Part shown: positions 1 to 14,187 of the stretch, piece by piece
How positions within the stretch are numbered: position 1 is the stretch's first letter
Layout: every line of letters begins with the position of its first letter
NCBI RefSeq assembly: GCF_009914755.1
Contig: NC_060929.1
Reading direction: 5' to 3' (one strand)
Source of the DNA: the human T2T-CHM13v2.0 reference genome, Homo sapiens
DNA: 64,000 bases
Position numbers and translations under genes: made by a program
Notes under the pieces: model-generated
Databases searched by the model: none
What the model was told of the DNA's origin: nothing
What the model saw: the letters and a program-made list of their open reading frames with translations, nothing else

Positions 1-206
1 GAGTTGTATTGGGAGGAGCAAGATATTAAGCATGGATATTTGTGCACATGTTTAGGCATGTGGAAGCCTTCAGTTCCCAAACCATTTTAGAGCAAAGCCT
101 GTTGACAACCACAAGCCTTGCCCATTTATCCAGATGACCCAGACAGCCTCTAAACTCCCTCATTAATGGAACATCAGACATTTCAAGAAAGCCTGCAACA
201 TTTAAA

Positions 207-237
<31 letters not shown>

Positions 238-239
238 AA

Positions 240-1010
240 TAAAACCAGTGTCAGAGAAAACATTCAGGCAAAATGAGAGAATTTATATATTTGGTGCATA
301 AAACTGGAGTAAAATAAGATAAAAAGGGAATAATGAAAACATGATAATTCTTCTCAATTAGAAGTAATGATTTCCAAAATTTAAAAATTCAATAAAAACA
401 AAGATTAAGTGGAAGATATTTCTCAGCATGTGAAGGAAACATTTAAAGAAACCAAAAATGTAGAGAAACATAGCATCATGAGAAACAGAGCATCACTATT
501 CAACTGTTAGGAAATCGAAAGGCAAGAAGTAGAAAAATATAGGGGAGTAAATTATCAAACGATTAATATAAGAAAATATTTCAGAGTCACAATATTTACA
601 TTGTAAGGGCCCATTAAGCAATGTCATCAATAAAGCAACCAGTATCCAATTAGCATCAGCACCCAAAATATACTAAGTACACAATCAATACCTATTAAGG
701 AGACCAGCAAAAATTAATGCAAAAAAATAACGGAGTAAGATCTTCGGAACCTAAGACAAAATCTATAACTTGTATCCCGTCCAACTATCAATTAATTAAG
801 CTTGACTGTTCAATAAGTTTGTTTTCAGAAATTCAAGTATTTAGAGATTTTGTTGTTCATGTATTTTTTATGAATAAAAACTTGAGGAATGTTTACTACC
901 TGAAAATGAGAGAAAAAATGAAAATACGAAGTGAAATGGTGGCAATAGCCCAGAAGGCAAAAAAAGAGATGCTTTTTATATTTTGTTATAGATTCTTGAT
1001 TTTATAAACA
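240..1010 (+). mobile_element. Ancient HAL1/L1M ORF1-like fossil fragments
   Basis: A-rich degenerate ORF1-like sequence; the motif around 'aaaatatttcagag...gggcccatt' resembles the better-preserved copy at ~17090-17130. Boundaries are approximate. Confidence 0.45.
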
Positions 1011-1424
1011 TCAAAATAATTCACTAACAACTTTCTGCAAGGATTATAATACTAACAGCACAAAGTATAAATTATTTAGAATACAAAAATAAAATAATTA
1101 ACCCATATTACATAGGGCATTGTAAAGAATGCTATGCTGCCTAGCTGGTCTAATGACAAATAGCTTCTCAGATGTTGTTATGATTGAAGAAAGGTCCATT
1201 ATCCATGGTAATTACAACATCCGATGGCAATCCTTGAATTAATGCATTTATATGTAGACTTATGTTACTAATTAATTTTACTACCCATTATAAATACTAT
1301 TAAAATACTTTCATTCTGATATACAAATGTTTTATTTTTTTAAAAAATGGGTGCTGCTGTACTGGTATGTACTAGTTAAATACCAGCCTTGAATGGGTTC
1401 AAATTTGAAGAGAAAGTGAAATTC

Positions 1425-1452
1425 ATATTATATATATATATACACATATATG

Positions 1453-1497
<45 letters not shown>

Positions 1498-1503
1498 ATA
1501 TAT
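1425..1503. repeat. Compound (TA)n/(TG)n microsatellite
   Basis: Read directly from the sequence. Confidence 0.95.
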
Positions 1504-1600
1504 CTGCATGAAGAAGAATGAAATGGAATCAAATAGTTGGTAGCCCAAGAAGGAAGCTGGAAGACATTTGGGGAATAATAAACTTACTTCTCTCAATAAG

Positions 1601-2606
1601 AATTAAACTAAAGAGCTTCTGCTCAGCAAAAGAAACTGTTATCAGAGTGAACAGGCAACCTACATAGAATGGGAGAAAAATTTTGCAATCTATCCATCTA
1701 ACAAAGGGCTAATATCCAGAATCTACAAGGAACTTAAACAAATTTACAAGAAAAAAACAAACAACCACATCAAAAAGTGGGTGAAGGACATGAACAGACA
1801 CTTCTCAAAAGAAGATATTTATGCAGCCAACAAATATATGAAAAAAAGCTCATCATCACTGGTCATTAGAGAAATGCAAATCAAAACCACAATGAGGTAC
1901 CATCTCACACCAGTTAGAATGGCAATCATTAAAAAGTCAGGAAACAACAGATGCTGGAGAAGATGTGGAGAAATACGAACACCTTTACACTGTTGGTGGG
2001 AGTGTAAATTAGTTCAACCATTGCGGAAGACAATGTGGCTATTCCTCAAAAATCTAGAGACAGAAAAACCATTTGACCCAGCAATCCCATTACCGGGTAT
2101 ATACCCAAATGATTATAAATCATTCTACTATAAAGACACATGCACATGTATGTTTATTGCAGCACTATTCACAATAGCAAAGATTTGGAACCAACCCAAA
2201 TGCCCATCAATGATAGACTGGATAGAGAAAATGTGGCATATAAACACCATGCAATACTATGCAGCCATAAAAAAAGAATGAGTTCATGTCCTTTGCAGGG
2301 ACGTGGATGAAGCTGGAAACCATCATCCACAGCAAACTAACACAGGAATAGAAAACCAAACACGGCATGTTCTCACTCATAAGTGGAAGTTGAACAATGA
2401 GAACATACGGACACAAGGAGGGGAACAGCACACACCAGGGCCTGTCAGCGGGTGGGAGGCAGGGGGAGGGATAGCATTAGGAGAAATACCTAATGTAGAT
2501 GATGGGTTGATGGGTGCAGCAAATCACCATGGCACATGTATACCTATGTAACAAATCTGCACGTTCTACACATGTATCCCAGAACTTAAAGTATAATTAA
2601 AAAAAA
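1601..2606 (+). mobile_element. 5'-truncated L1PA (approx. L1PA7/8), 3' end of ORF2 + 3'UTR + polyA
   Basis: ORF 1781-2281 matches the ORF2p C-terminus (RCWRRCGE...[11 protein letters not shown]); typical 3'UTR ending 'cccagaacttaaagtataat' + A-tail. Confidence 0.95.
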
Positions 2607-2869
2607 GTATTGAGGGAAAATAAAGCCCTAACTAAATGGAAGGCTATTCCATATTCACGGACTGAGAGGCTTTATGTTATGAAAATGTTAATTCTGTACA
2701 AGTTGATCCATAGAATAAATACAATCCAATTAAAAAACGAAAACAGGAATGACCGAAGTTCATGATACAAAAATTAAGTAAGTCACAAAGGTAAGTTTTA
2801 AATGAAAATAATCTATTTAACGTTGATGCTAGAAACATGCTTCTTTGAAGAACACAAAGCTAATGGTAT

Positions 2870-3366
2870 CAGAATCTAGGAAAGGAAATGTAACTGGAGC
2901 AAATTACCAATATAAAGTAAGACATTAATATAAATACTGATTATTTGAGCTCATATTTTAAAGTAAATCTTTGTTATGACCTTCTTATGAATGAATTATT
3001 ATGGTTACAGAGGAGAATGTAAATTGTATCAACCATAACTATATATATGCCAGGTAAAGCTGACAGAAGTTGAGGATGCAATTAGGAAGGAGAGATAGGA
3101 GAGAATAAGAGTGTGAGGAATATGTTTCGGTGTGCATACAATTGATGAAACTATAAAGAGAGGTATAAGTGTGTTATTCAAAGTTATAAAATGGAAGAAT
3201 GAAAAATAATATTAGAACTCTTAAATATTGGATTGAAAGATAACGTTCAATTTCAGTTAATTTTCATTTTTCATAGTGAAAAAGAAATAAGTACTAACTC
3301 AAATTGATAAGCCAAGAACTAGTGATACTATATTTATATTACTTAGGGGTACAGAAGCAAGTGCAT

Positions 3367-3406
<40 letters not shown>

Positions 3407-3480
3407 CCAAACTAAAAAAAGGAATGAGAGTAGTCACCTCTAGAGGACTACAGCTCAGAAAAGGTATAAAGCAGAATATT
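2870..3480 (+). mobile_element. HAL1-like 3' fragments with an embedded (CA)n at ~3368-3402
   Basis: Degenerate similarity to HAL1 3' region from memory; the CA repeat is seen directly. Confidence 0.35.
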
Positions 3481-3684
3481 GTAAGTATAAAATAGGTGGA
3501 TCTATTATTTTATAAAAATCTTTTAATTGTTTAAACACATAAAGACAAAGGAAATCCATTATAAGAGATTTGGAAGACAAGTTGCATACCTAAACTTTGC
3601 TGGGAAAGGAGGCATTATGAAAGATGGATTAGGGAATTGGACATTTTAATAAGTACAAACATTTTAAAAGGGAGGTAGCAGAAC

Positions 3685-3800
3685 TAATTTTATCCCCAGT
3701 TTCTCAATAAGGAAACTGAGGCTTAGAGAGTTTAAGTGACTGGCCAAAGATTCACTAATAGGACATAGAAAATGTGAAAGTAGAGCCTTGATCTCACAAA
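3685..3800 (-). mobile_element. MIR SINE fragment
   Basis: Core motif 'aaggaaactgaggcttagagagtttaagtgactggccaaag'. Confidence 0.8.
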
Positions 3801-5744
3801 TTGTATATGTTTTATATCCTTTGAGATTCACCCTTATTTTAATCCCTTGATATATTCATATAAAAGTTAGAGCAACATGTTCCAAATCCCTTTTAACATT
3901 TTTTCTTGGTACTTATTTTTTTTTTCAAAATGTAAACTTTAAAAAAATTCATTCTGCCCTTGAAATGATTCAATTAAAGCCAACCACATAAATCTACCTA
4001 GTGACAGAAACAGTACAATGTGATAGGATAGTGTTTTTCTGCTACACGTAATTGATATTCCCCTGACTCTGGTAAATTTTTATATCCCATTGCCTTAAGA
4101 CAAAATAATGATAGCTTAGATGTCTATTTAATAAAACATGGAATTTCTCAAAGCAAAACCCAACTGCATGGTTTGTGCAAGAAATATCACCTCAAATAAA
4201 CCAATTCAGATGCCTAAAAATAAAAATATAGGCTAAGAGATACCAGGCAAATGAAAACAATAAGAAATCAGAAGGCATTTCCTGACATCAAACAGACTCA
4301 AATTCAGACCAAAAAGCATTAAATGTTAAAAAAAGACAGTTTATAATGCTAAAAGGCATGGTTCACAATAAAGATATAATATTTGTGAAAATCTATACAC
4401 TAGAAACACAGGAACCACTTTCATAAAACAAAACTTACCAGAAAGGAAAGGGGAGGAGACACATTGTCATGACAATCTCAATCTGAAACAGATCAAGTGG
4501 GGAAAAAATAGGTAAGAATATAGATCTATAGGTCCTATAGAAGACTACATATATTAATAAGGTAGGTATTGTAATATATATTATACTCTATGACCCCAAA
4601 ATGAGAATAACCCTTCTTCTCCAACACAAACAGAATGTTCATAATTATTGACCAAATATCAAGCCACAGAATAGCCACAGTAAGTTTCATAAAATAAAAT
4701 TAATAAAAAAAATTCTTGGATGACAAATAAAACAAAAAAAAATAAATTCAGAAAAATTCTGAATATTTATAAGAAGAAACTTCCTACAAAATAATTCTTG
4801 AGTTAACGTGGAAATGCAAACTGAAATTTCTGTTTCCGAAAAAATAATGATAATGTAAATATAATATATCAGATCTATGGGATGAAATTAAAGCTATGAA
4901 TTTATAAACCTTAAACGTTAAAAAAGAAATGACCACTGAAACAGAAGAAATTAAAACAATCAAGAGCCTACATAACTTATACCAAAAATGTAAATATCTA
5001 TATAAAATAGATAATTATTTAGGACAACACAATTTACAAAAATTGACTGCAATAGAGATAGAACCTTGAACAAACCAATTTCTGTAGAAGAAAATAAAGA
5101 TATCAAATTTCTATCTCACATGAAAAGCACAAGGCCTAGATGCTTTCACAAGGAAATATAACCAAGTTTTTAAGGAACAGAGGACAGAAAATAAAGGAAA
5201 ACTTCCAAATTTCTTGTATGAAATATGAATAATGTTGATACCTAAACTTGATTAAAATATCACACACATGCACAAATATACACACACAGAAATCAGTCTC
5301 TCATATGAATATCAAAGCAAAAATCATAAATAAAATAAGGGCAAACAACATACTACATTTACATAGATGACAATGCATAGTGAAAACATGGGATATATTT
5401 TAAGAACACAAAGATGTTTCAATAATAGGGATCCATTAACATAATAAAGCATATTCAGGTATCTGGGAGAAAAATCAGATAATTATCTCAACAGATGCTT
5501 ATAGACAGCTGACAAAATTCAACAATTCTACTTTTATTCCTTACAGAAACAATAATAAAGAATTGATGGATACTTACTTGTCCTGTGGAAAGAAAAATAA
5601 TATGCACACACTCACACACATATACACACATACACAATAGGCCTCTATTCTATTAAAAGGGACCTCTGGGGAAGAAAAAAACCTAGTTAAATCCCTTTGC
5701 AAACAAGTTATCCTCTTGATAAACACACTAGTGGTATTTACTAG

Positions 5745-5990
5745 CAGAAAGGGAGGGAGGGAGGAAGGGAGGGAGAGAAAAAGGGAGGGAGGGAGAGAGG
5801 AGGGAGAGAGAGAGGAAGGAAGGAGAAAGGAAGGAAGGGAAGGAAGGAAGGAAGGGAGGGACGGAGGGAAGGAGGGAAGGAAAGGAAGGGGATGGTAGTA
5901 CTGATAGGGATAGAAGTGGAGGTAGAAAATGAGATGGGGATGGAGATAGATAGAGATGGAAGTACAGATGAGAGAGATAGGAATAGAGAC
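5745..5990. repeat. Purine-rich (GGAA/GGGA/GA) low-complexity tract
   Basis: Nearly pure A/G from ~5746 to 5892. Confidence 0.95.
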
Positions 5991-6928
5991 CTCAAACCTA
6001 ATGCTTGTATTTTACTTATTGGGGAAACAAAAGAGTCATTCCTCTAAAGGAAAAAACAAAGTACGCCTGCCCACCATCTCCATCTCTACTTAGAACTGTA
6101 TTAAAGGCATTAAGCAATGCAATTAAATGAGAAAAAAAACAGAGGAAAAAGGATTATAAATGAAAAAGTAAGATGATCTCTTTGAAGAAAATATAACAGA
6201 ACTCAGAGGATCAATGATAAAATTACCCAAATAGTGAAATTACTAAGTTAGAATATTTATATACAAAAATTAAAAGCCTGCATTTATACAATAATCAGAA
6301 GTTATATATATATATAATTGAAGAAAAAACTCCATTTGCAATATAAGCAAAAAATTTTAGTAATAATTTTAACGAGAATTACGTGATATTTTTATGAAGA
6401 AAACTAGAAGACATTTCTGAAAGATACAAACCTTCATTAGGAAGGTTCAGCATCATAAAATGGCAATTTTCTGCAAGTTTTCATATAAATTTAATATAAC
6501 CTAAATAAAAAATATGAAGTATTTTTCCCAGACCTAGACATGTTTATTATAATTTTCTATTCAAAAGTAAATGTGAGAATATGTAGGTGAACTCTAGAAT
6601 TAATTTTACAAGATATTAAAACATACTAGAAAGTATCTACAATTAAAACAGTATGATACTCATATATGAATAAATGATAGACCAGTGAAAAAATCCAGAC
6701 TTTTAAATAAATGGTGTGGAGGACACCAAACAGCCATTTGGAAAAAAATAAAAATGGATGCATACTTCACACCAAACACTTCAAATGAACAGAGCTCTAA
6801 TAGTAAAAAGCTGAAAACATGTAAGTCTTGGAAGAAAATGTATCTGATTTTACTTATAATGTGAGTATGGGGAAACCCAGTTGCAGTTTAAAAGATTGAT
6901 TAATGTGACTTTTTAAACAACATTTTTC

Positions 6929-8288
6929 TTTTTTTAACTTTTAAGTTCAGAGGTACATGTGCAGTTTTGTTACATAGGTAGATGTGTGTCATGGGTGTTT
7001 ATTGTACAGATTATTTTATCACCCAGGTATTAAGCCTAGTATCCATTAGTTATTTTTCCTGATCCTCTCCCTTCTCCCACACTTCACCCTCCGGTAGGCC
7101 CCAGTGTGCATTGTTTCTCTCTATGTGTCCACGTGTTCTTATCATTTAGCTCCCCCTTGAAAGTGAGAACACACGGTATTTGGTTTTCTGTTCCTGCGTT
7201 AGTAAGGATAATGGCTTCCAGCTCCATCTATGTCCCTCCAAAGGGCATGATCTCATTTCTTTTTTATTCCATGATGTATATGTACCGCATGTTCTTTATC
7301 CAGTCTATCATTGATGGGCATTGAGGTTGATTCCATGTTTTTGCTATTGTGAATAGTGCTGCAATGAACATATGCGTGCATGTGTCTTTATGATAAAACG
7401 ATTTATATTTCTTTCGGTATATACCCAGTAATGGGATTGCTGGGTCAAATGGTATTTCTGTCTCTAGATTTTCGAGGAATCGCCACACTGTCTTCCACAA
7501 TGGATGGAATAATTTATGCTCCCACCAATAGTGTAAAAGCATCTCTTTTTCTCCACAACCTTACTGGCATCTATCAGTTTTTGACTTTTTAATAACGGCC
7601 ATTCTGACTGGTGTAAGATGGCATCTCACTGTGGTTTTCATTTGCATCTCTCTAATGATCAGTGATGGTAAGCTTTTCTTCATATGATTGTTGGCCACAT
7701 GTATATCTTCTTATAAGAAGTGTCTGTTCATGTTCTTTGCCCACTTTTTAATGGGGTTGGCTTTTTTCTTGTACATCTGTTTAAGTTCCTAATAGATGCT
7801 GGATAATTAGACCTTTTTCAGATGGCACAAAAACAGACACATAGACCAATAGAACAGAATAGAGAACCGAGAAATCAGACCACACACCTACAACCATCTG
7901 ATCTTTGACAAACCTGACAAAAACAAGCAATGGGAAAAGGATTCCCTATTTAATAAATGGTGCTGGGAGAAATGGCTAGCCCCATGCAGAAAATTAAAAC
8001 TGGACCCCTTCCTTACACCATGTACAAAAATCAACTCAAGATGCATTAAAGACTGAAATGTAAAACCAAAACTATAAAAACCCTAGAAGAAAATCTAGGC
8101 AATACTATTCAGAACATAAGCAAGGGCAAAGATTTCATGACAAAGACACCAAAATCAATTGTAGCAAAAGCAAAATTGACAAATGGGATCAAATTAAACT
8201 AACAAGCTTCTGCATGGAAAAAGAAGCAATCAAAAGAGTAAACAAACAACCTACAGAATAGGAGAAAATTGTTGCAATCTATGCATCT
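6929..8288 (-). mobile_element. L1PA (older primate subfamily) with a 5' inversion: 3' part on - strand (6929-7824), inverted ORF2 segment on + strand (7823-8288)
   Basis: PolyT + L1 3'UTR on - strand, then an abrupt switch to + strand ORF2; TSD aacatttttc at 6919-6928 and 8289-8298. Confidence 0.93.
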
Positions 8289-8914
8289 AACATTTTTCAT
8301 TATAAAGAAAACAAGATAAGTTAAAAAGCAAATGTCCAACTGGGAGAAAATGTTTCTAAATATATCACTTATAAAGAACTAATATTTCTAATACATGTAG
8401 AACTCTTAAAAATAGAGGAGGAAAGACAAAAACTCAATAGGAAAAAAAAGCATGAGAAGTTAATTATAGTTATACACAAATAGACTTTAATATATAAAAA
8501 ATAATTTATGCATAATATAAAATAAATTCACATTTAATCTCCAGTAAAGCCATTTCTCACCTATCAAATTAACAAAAATTCAAGACCTTGATATACATTT
8601 TCCTTGGTGAGATAGTGAGAAAACAGCACTTTCTTACATTGCTAGGGGAGTAAAACAATGTGTGATCCTTACACAGGTGAACTTGGCAATATATAATAAA
8701 GCTACATGTGTATATTTTGATCTCATAATTGTGACTTTATCCTGAATACACACTTTTAATAATATATAACTATATAGGCACGTATTTATTAATTTTAATG
8801 TTATTTGTCAGAAATACATTGAAAACAATCTAAATGCCTAAACATAGGGGCCCGTTTGAAAAACTATGGTACATGGAATACCATTTAGCTATATAAAAGA
8901 ATATCATGGTGATT

Positions 8915-9100
8915 TTAAGTAACAACATACTGTGTACATGAAAATTGCTGAGAGATTTTAGTGTTCCCACCACAAAAAAGCATATGAAATAATGCATATA
9001 TTAAATAGCTTGATTTAGCCATTCTAAAATGTATACATTTATCAAAACATCATGTTGTATACCACAAATATGTACAACATTTACTTGTCAATTGAAAAGA
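8915..9100 (+). mobile_element. L1MA-type 3' terminal fragment
   Basis: 'aaaattgctgagag...caccacaaaaa...tagcttgatttagccattc...acttgtcaatt' matches L1MA/MB 3' ends. Confidence 0.75.
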
Positions 9101-9532
9101 TATATGTATAAAATTACATTCAAAAGATCTCAAAGAACAGATACAATGTAATTTCTAGGATATATTTTTATGAAAAAATACAAGATTAAAAAATCAGATT
9201 TTTCTCATACCTCCTGTGTAAGAAAGATGTAAATATATATTATATATGAGATATATATTTTACATAACTGTATATAAAACATATATGTATATCTTTATGT
9301 GTGTATGCATATTTTTGAAAAAAAATACAGACACAATAAACCAGAAACTAATGAAATTAACTGCATACAGAAAGTAGGTGTAGTAGTGGTAGGAACATAG
9401 TACAAATCACAGGAAAGGAAGTAGTAATTCTTTGAATATGTTATTTTTAATTTTTATCTTTAAGCCATATTAATAGTTTATATATTCAAAAATAGCATTA
9501 AACCAATTATGATAAAAGAAATTTAAAACTGA

Positions 9533-9834
9533 GGTCAGGCGTGGTGGCTCAATTCTGTAATCCCAGCACTTTGGGAGGCTGAAGCAGAAAGATTGCTTGA
9601 GTCCAGGAGTTCAAGACCAGCCTGGGCAACATAGTGAGACCCTGTCTCTATAAAAAAAAAATATTCAAGCAAGGTGGTGCATGACTATAGTCCTAGATAC
9701 TGGGTAAGCTGAGGCAGGAGGATTGTTTAAGCCCAGGAGTTTGAGGTTACGGTAAGGTATGATTGTGCCACTGCGCTCCAGACTGGGTGAAAAAGCAAGA
9801 CTCAACTCTTTAAAAAAAAAAAACAAAAAAAAAA
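9533..9834 (+). mobile_element. AluJ
   Basis: Full dimer with J-type diagnostics (cctgggcaacatagtgagac); TSD approx. taaaactga/taaactga. Confidence 0.95.
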
Positions 9835-9994
9835 CACTTTTTTAAACTGAATACTAAAAAATGAACTTCACCATATATCAACTTGATAATATACCCATAA
9901 AGAAAAAAGTATTAATCCAAGTAAATTTTAATACTGTACTCTGTGTGTTGTTATTGTACAAGCTGCAGAAAATTATTGAACCATACTTAGTGGA

Positions 9995-10351
9995 TGTTAT
10001 GGTCTGAATGTGTATGACCCCCCAAAAAAATCATATGTTGAAATTCTAACCCCCAAGGTGATGGTATTAGGAGATGGGACCTTTAGAAGGTGATTCTATC
10101 ATAAGGGTGGGGCCCTCAAGATTAGGATTAGTGAGAGACCACAGAGAGCTAGTTCTTCCCTTCCACCTGTAAGGATGCAGTGAAAAGGTATCCATGAGCC
10201 AGAGAGCAAGACTTCATCAGACTTTTAATCTGCCTTGATCTCGGACTTTCCAGCCTCCACAACTGTGAGAAATAAATTTCTATTGTTTATAACCTACCCT
10301 ATTTATGGTATTTTGTTTTAGCAGCCCAAAAAAAAAAAAAAAAACTAAGAG
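9995..10351 (+). mobile_element. MLT1A-type MaLR solo LTR
   Basis: Starts 'tgttatggtctgaatgtg', contains 'cagcctccacaactgtgagaaataaatttc', ends 'gcagccc...ctaaga'. Confidence 0.88.
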
Positions 10352-11365
10352 GTAGGCTTGTTGGCAGGGTTTAATTAATCTACTATTTATGGACTCATAT
10401 GTGTGCTGTAGGATAATATTTTATGTATGTGTTTGTAGTATTAAATATAATTGTAGATAAGTTTTTTAGGGAATGAGAGGTCTCACTGTAGAAAGATAAA
10501 GATTCAAAAATGGAATGGATGCAAGAAGGGAAGCTCTTTGGAATTAGATTGTAATTACACTTTACAGTATGAATTTATGATTTTTAAAAACATATATTTT
10601 CTAGCTCTCTCAACTGAAATAATCTAGAAGCATTGGCACTTCAACAGCAATAAACACACCCAATGCTCAGCTCTTGGTTTCTAAACACAATTCCTCATCA
10701 GAACCCCTTAGAGAAATAGCCAATACTAGATCTGAGATAGGAAACCTTCAAAGTAAGCCTGGAATCTCTTATTGTGCCAGAAAGTGAGGACGTCCTAAAA
10801 AACTGAGGTGGAGATTTCCAGAGGACATAGGAACTTGCTTGTAAGAGCTCCCACTAGACAAAGTGAACATCGAATAATAAGAATTATTATTACAGTAATA
10901 AATGATGAGGAATTTTTAAAATCTATGAGTCCTTTGTAATACTATAAAAATTGGAAGGTAAAGTTCTTTAAGAAGGATACAAACTAATACATGGAGAGAA
11001 ATGATAAATTATATAAACACCATCATGCAACCACAATATGATCATTGATTCAGGAAAATATCATTAATGAATGCTCAAACCACTGAATAGAAGTTTGTTA
11101 GGAAACAGATATTTATGCAGTCTCAAAAGATCACTGCATAGATTAGTCTATAAAGAAAAAAGTTACCTTATAAAGGAAAACAGTGGTAAACATACCTTAC
11201 CCAAGTGATCAAAACTAACACCAGCAATAATAGACAAACTGACAACATATGCCTTTTGATAGGATGCACTGTGAAGAACATATATTCCCTATTTGGTATT
11301 CTTGACAAAAGTATTTAACCTGAATCTATCTAATTATGAGAAAACAATCAGACAAATCCAACTTA

Positions 11366-11599
<234 letters not shown>

Positions 11600-11729
11600 T
11601 CATGAAAAACATAATCAAAGCAGGGGAAGCACCCTAGATTAACTTTAAAATATAAAGTATGTTGCTAATAGATACTGTTGTATCAATGTTCAATTTCTTT
11701 CATGAATTTTGGTTATATAAGAACAGGTC

Positions 11730-12027
11730 AGCTGGGCACAGTGGCTCACTCCTGTAATTCCAGCACTTTGAGAGGCTGAGGTGAGCAGATCACTTGAGCT
11801 CAGGAGTTTGAGATCAACCTGGGCTACACAGTGAAACCCTGTCTCTACAAAAACACAAAAATTAGCCGGGCAGTGGAATGCACCTGTAATCACAGCTATT
11901 CTGGAGGCTGAGGTGAGGGGATCGCTTGGGCCTGGGAGGTCAAGGCTGCAGTGAGCCAAGATACTGCACTCCAGCCTGGGTGACAGAGTGAGAACCCGTC
12001 TCAAAATGAAAAGAAAAGAAAAGAAAA
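11730..12027 (+). mobile_element. AluJ
   Basis: Full dimer with a (GAAAA)n tail. Confidence 0.95.
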
Positions 12028-12394
12028 GTTCTTATTCTTAGGACATAGTTAAGAGTGAATCATCATGGCATCTGTAATTAATTTTTGAATAATTCTATGA
12101 ATGTATATATGTATAAAGAGAAAGAAAGAAAGCAAATATGAAAAATGTTAACAATCATCAAATCCAGGTGAAAGGTAGGTAGGTGTTTTTGTATTACGTC
12201 TTCAATCTTTCCATAGGTTTGAAATTATTCAATATAAGTTTGGAGACAAAATTTTCCAATGTTTTTACATTGTAGATCTTCATAACCTGCCTGGCTAACG
12301 AGCCTAAGTTTCCTTGTCTCTTTTGTTGTGACAGTTATTACGTGATTCACACTGAACTAACTGGAAATGTTCACAGAACATAACTAATGGAAGA

Positions 12395-12535
12395 AGCAAC
12401 ACAGTGCAATGGAAAGAATACTGACTGGGAAAGAGAATCTAATCCAAGCGCTGCTGTCAATATATTTCATGAGTTTAGGAAAATTAGCTCTCATCTCTGA
12501 GAATCTATGGCTCTATCTGTATAATAGAGAGTTTC
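12395..12535 (+). mobile_element. MIR fragment
   Basis: 'gcaatggaaagaatactgactggg...catctctgag...ctatctgtataat'. Confidence 0.65.
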
Positions 12536-13022
12536 TCAAGTTGTATTTTTAAGTATTTTTCAAACCCTTACTACACTCCTACTGTAATAATGAATCTTCA
12601 AGCTTGAACAGCACTCATAGTTTGCAGGAAATCAGTTCACATGCATTATCTCCCCATAAAGAGTTGGCTAATGCACAACATTTTGTCCATATCATGCTGG
12701 TTTCTAAAAATTATTAAGTGATTCATGGAAAGGAAGAGGAGGTTTGAGTGTCAAGAGGACAGAGTCCAAATATATTAGTTTATAATTTGTATTTAATTTG
12801 AAATGTTACTGCCTGATTCATTTATTCTACTATCAATTTATTCTGCAAAATGTGGAGTTCTTCAAGTCAGAAAATGCTGGAAGGAACAAAGTACACTTTT
12901 AGATACCTTCATGAAGTCACCATCCCTTATTATGGTGTTATATCAGGAAAGCTAACTGATGCCTAGGTATGTTTCTAAGGGAGGGTAGAATAGATACTTC
13001 TACATAACTTCAAGAAGACAAA

Positions 13023-13317
<295 letters not shown>

Positions 13318-14029
13318 ACAAGGAATACACTTTTGCCTACCCCACTGACCCTCAATTATTCCTCTAGTTTTCTGTGAACATCTGAAATCCCACAAAAGAA
13401 GCATTTATTTGTCATTACTGCTTTTGTTACTTTATCTTCATCACGATGCTGATATTAAGAGAAATTATAACTCCATCAGTTTAATCACCAATAATATTAA
13501 ACTACAGGCCATTTCTTGAGAAAGGTTGGAGTTGGAGAGGGAAAAAGACTCTGGAGGCATTTGGGGAGATTGGGGAAAATAAGGCAAGGGAGAAAGAGCC
13601 CAAGAGAAGATGATGGAAGCAGTGTATGCAAACTATTCATAGTCCTGTTTGTCCTAAGTCCCCTCCCATGTGCATAAAAACCTAAAGAGATGCCTGGAAA
13701 AAAAAAAGCTAATCTGAGCAAGAAGCCAAGTGAAGTTCTTTCACTAACTTGGATCACCTAAAATTGCAGATTACTACGATGAAATGTATAGGTCGTTTCA
13801 TTTTTCATTCCAGATGATGCAGCCTAGGATTAGTCAGACCTGTTCTAACATTGTTAGAAATAAACTCCACAAATAACCCTGAAGCACCTAACAGCACCAA
13901 GTACTATGTTAGATCTGGGTTAAAAATGTCTCCAAGTGGCATAATCTATTACCCTGTGCTCTAAATATTCTACTAAAATGTATTGGGCTCCTGGGGTCAA
14001 ATGAGGCCTTTTTGAAGTACCTTCTCTTT

Positions 14030-14187
14030 TTATTTTTAAGAGACAGGATCTCACTCTCTCGCCAAGGCTAGAGTGTAGTGGTGATATCTGAGCTCACTGT
14101 AGCTTCAAATTCCTAGGCTTAAGCGATCATGCCACTTCAGTCTCCCAAAGTGCTGGGGATACAAGTGTGAGCCAATGCTCCTGGGCC
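14030..14187 (-). mobile_element. Alu monomer (FAM-like or arm-recombined)
   Basis: Monomer with TSD aagtacctt at 14015-14023 and 14191-14199. Confidence 0.9.

Noticed and set aside
1561-2625. TSD for the L1PA at 1601-2606
   Set aside because: Only loose similarity between flanks (aagacatttggggaataataaa vs aagtattgagggaaaataaa), and it is not adjacent to the 5' junction
5716-5995. E/G/R-rich and S/P/L-rich ORFs
   Set aside because: Artefacts of the purine-rich low-complexity tract
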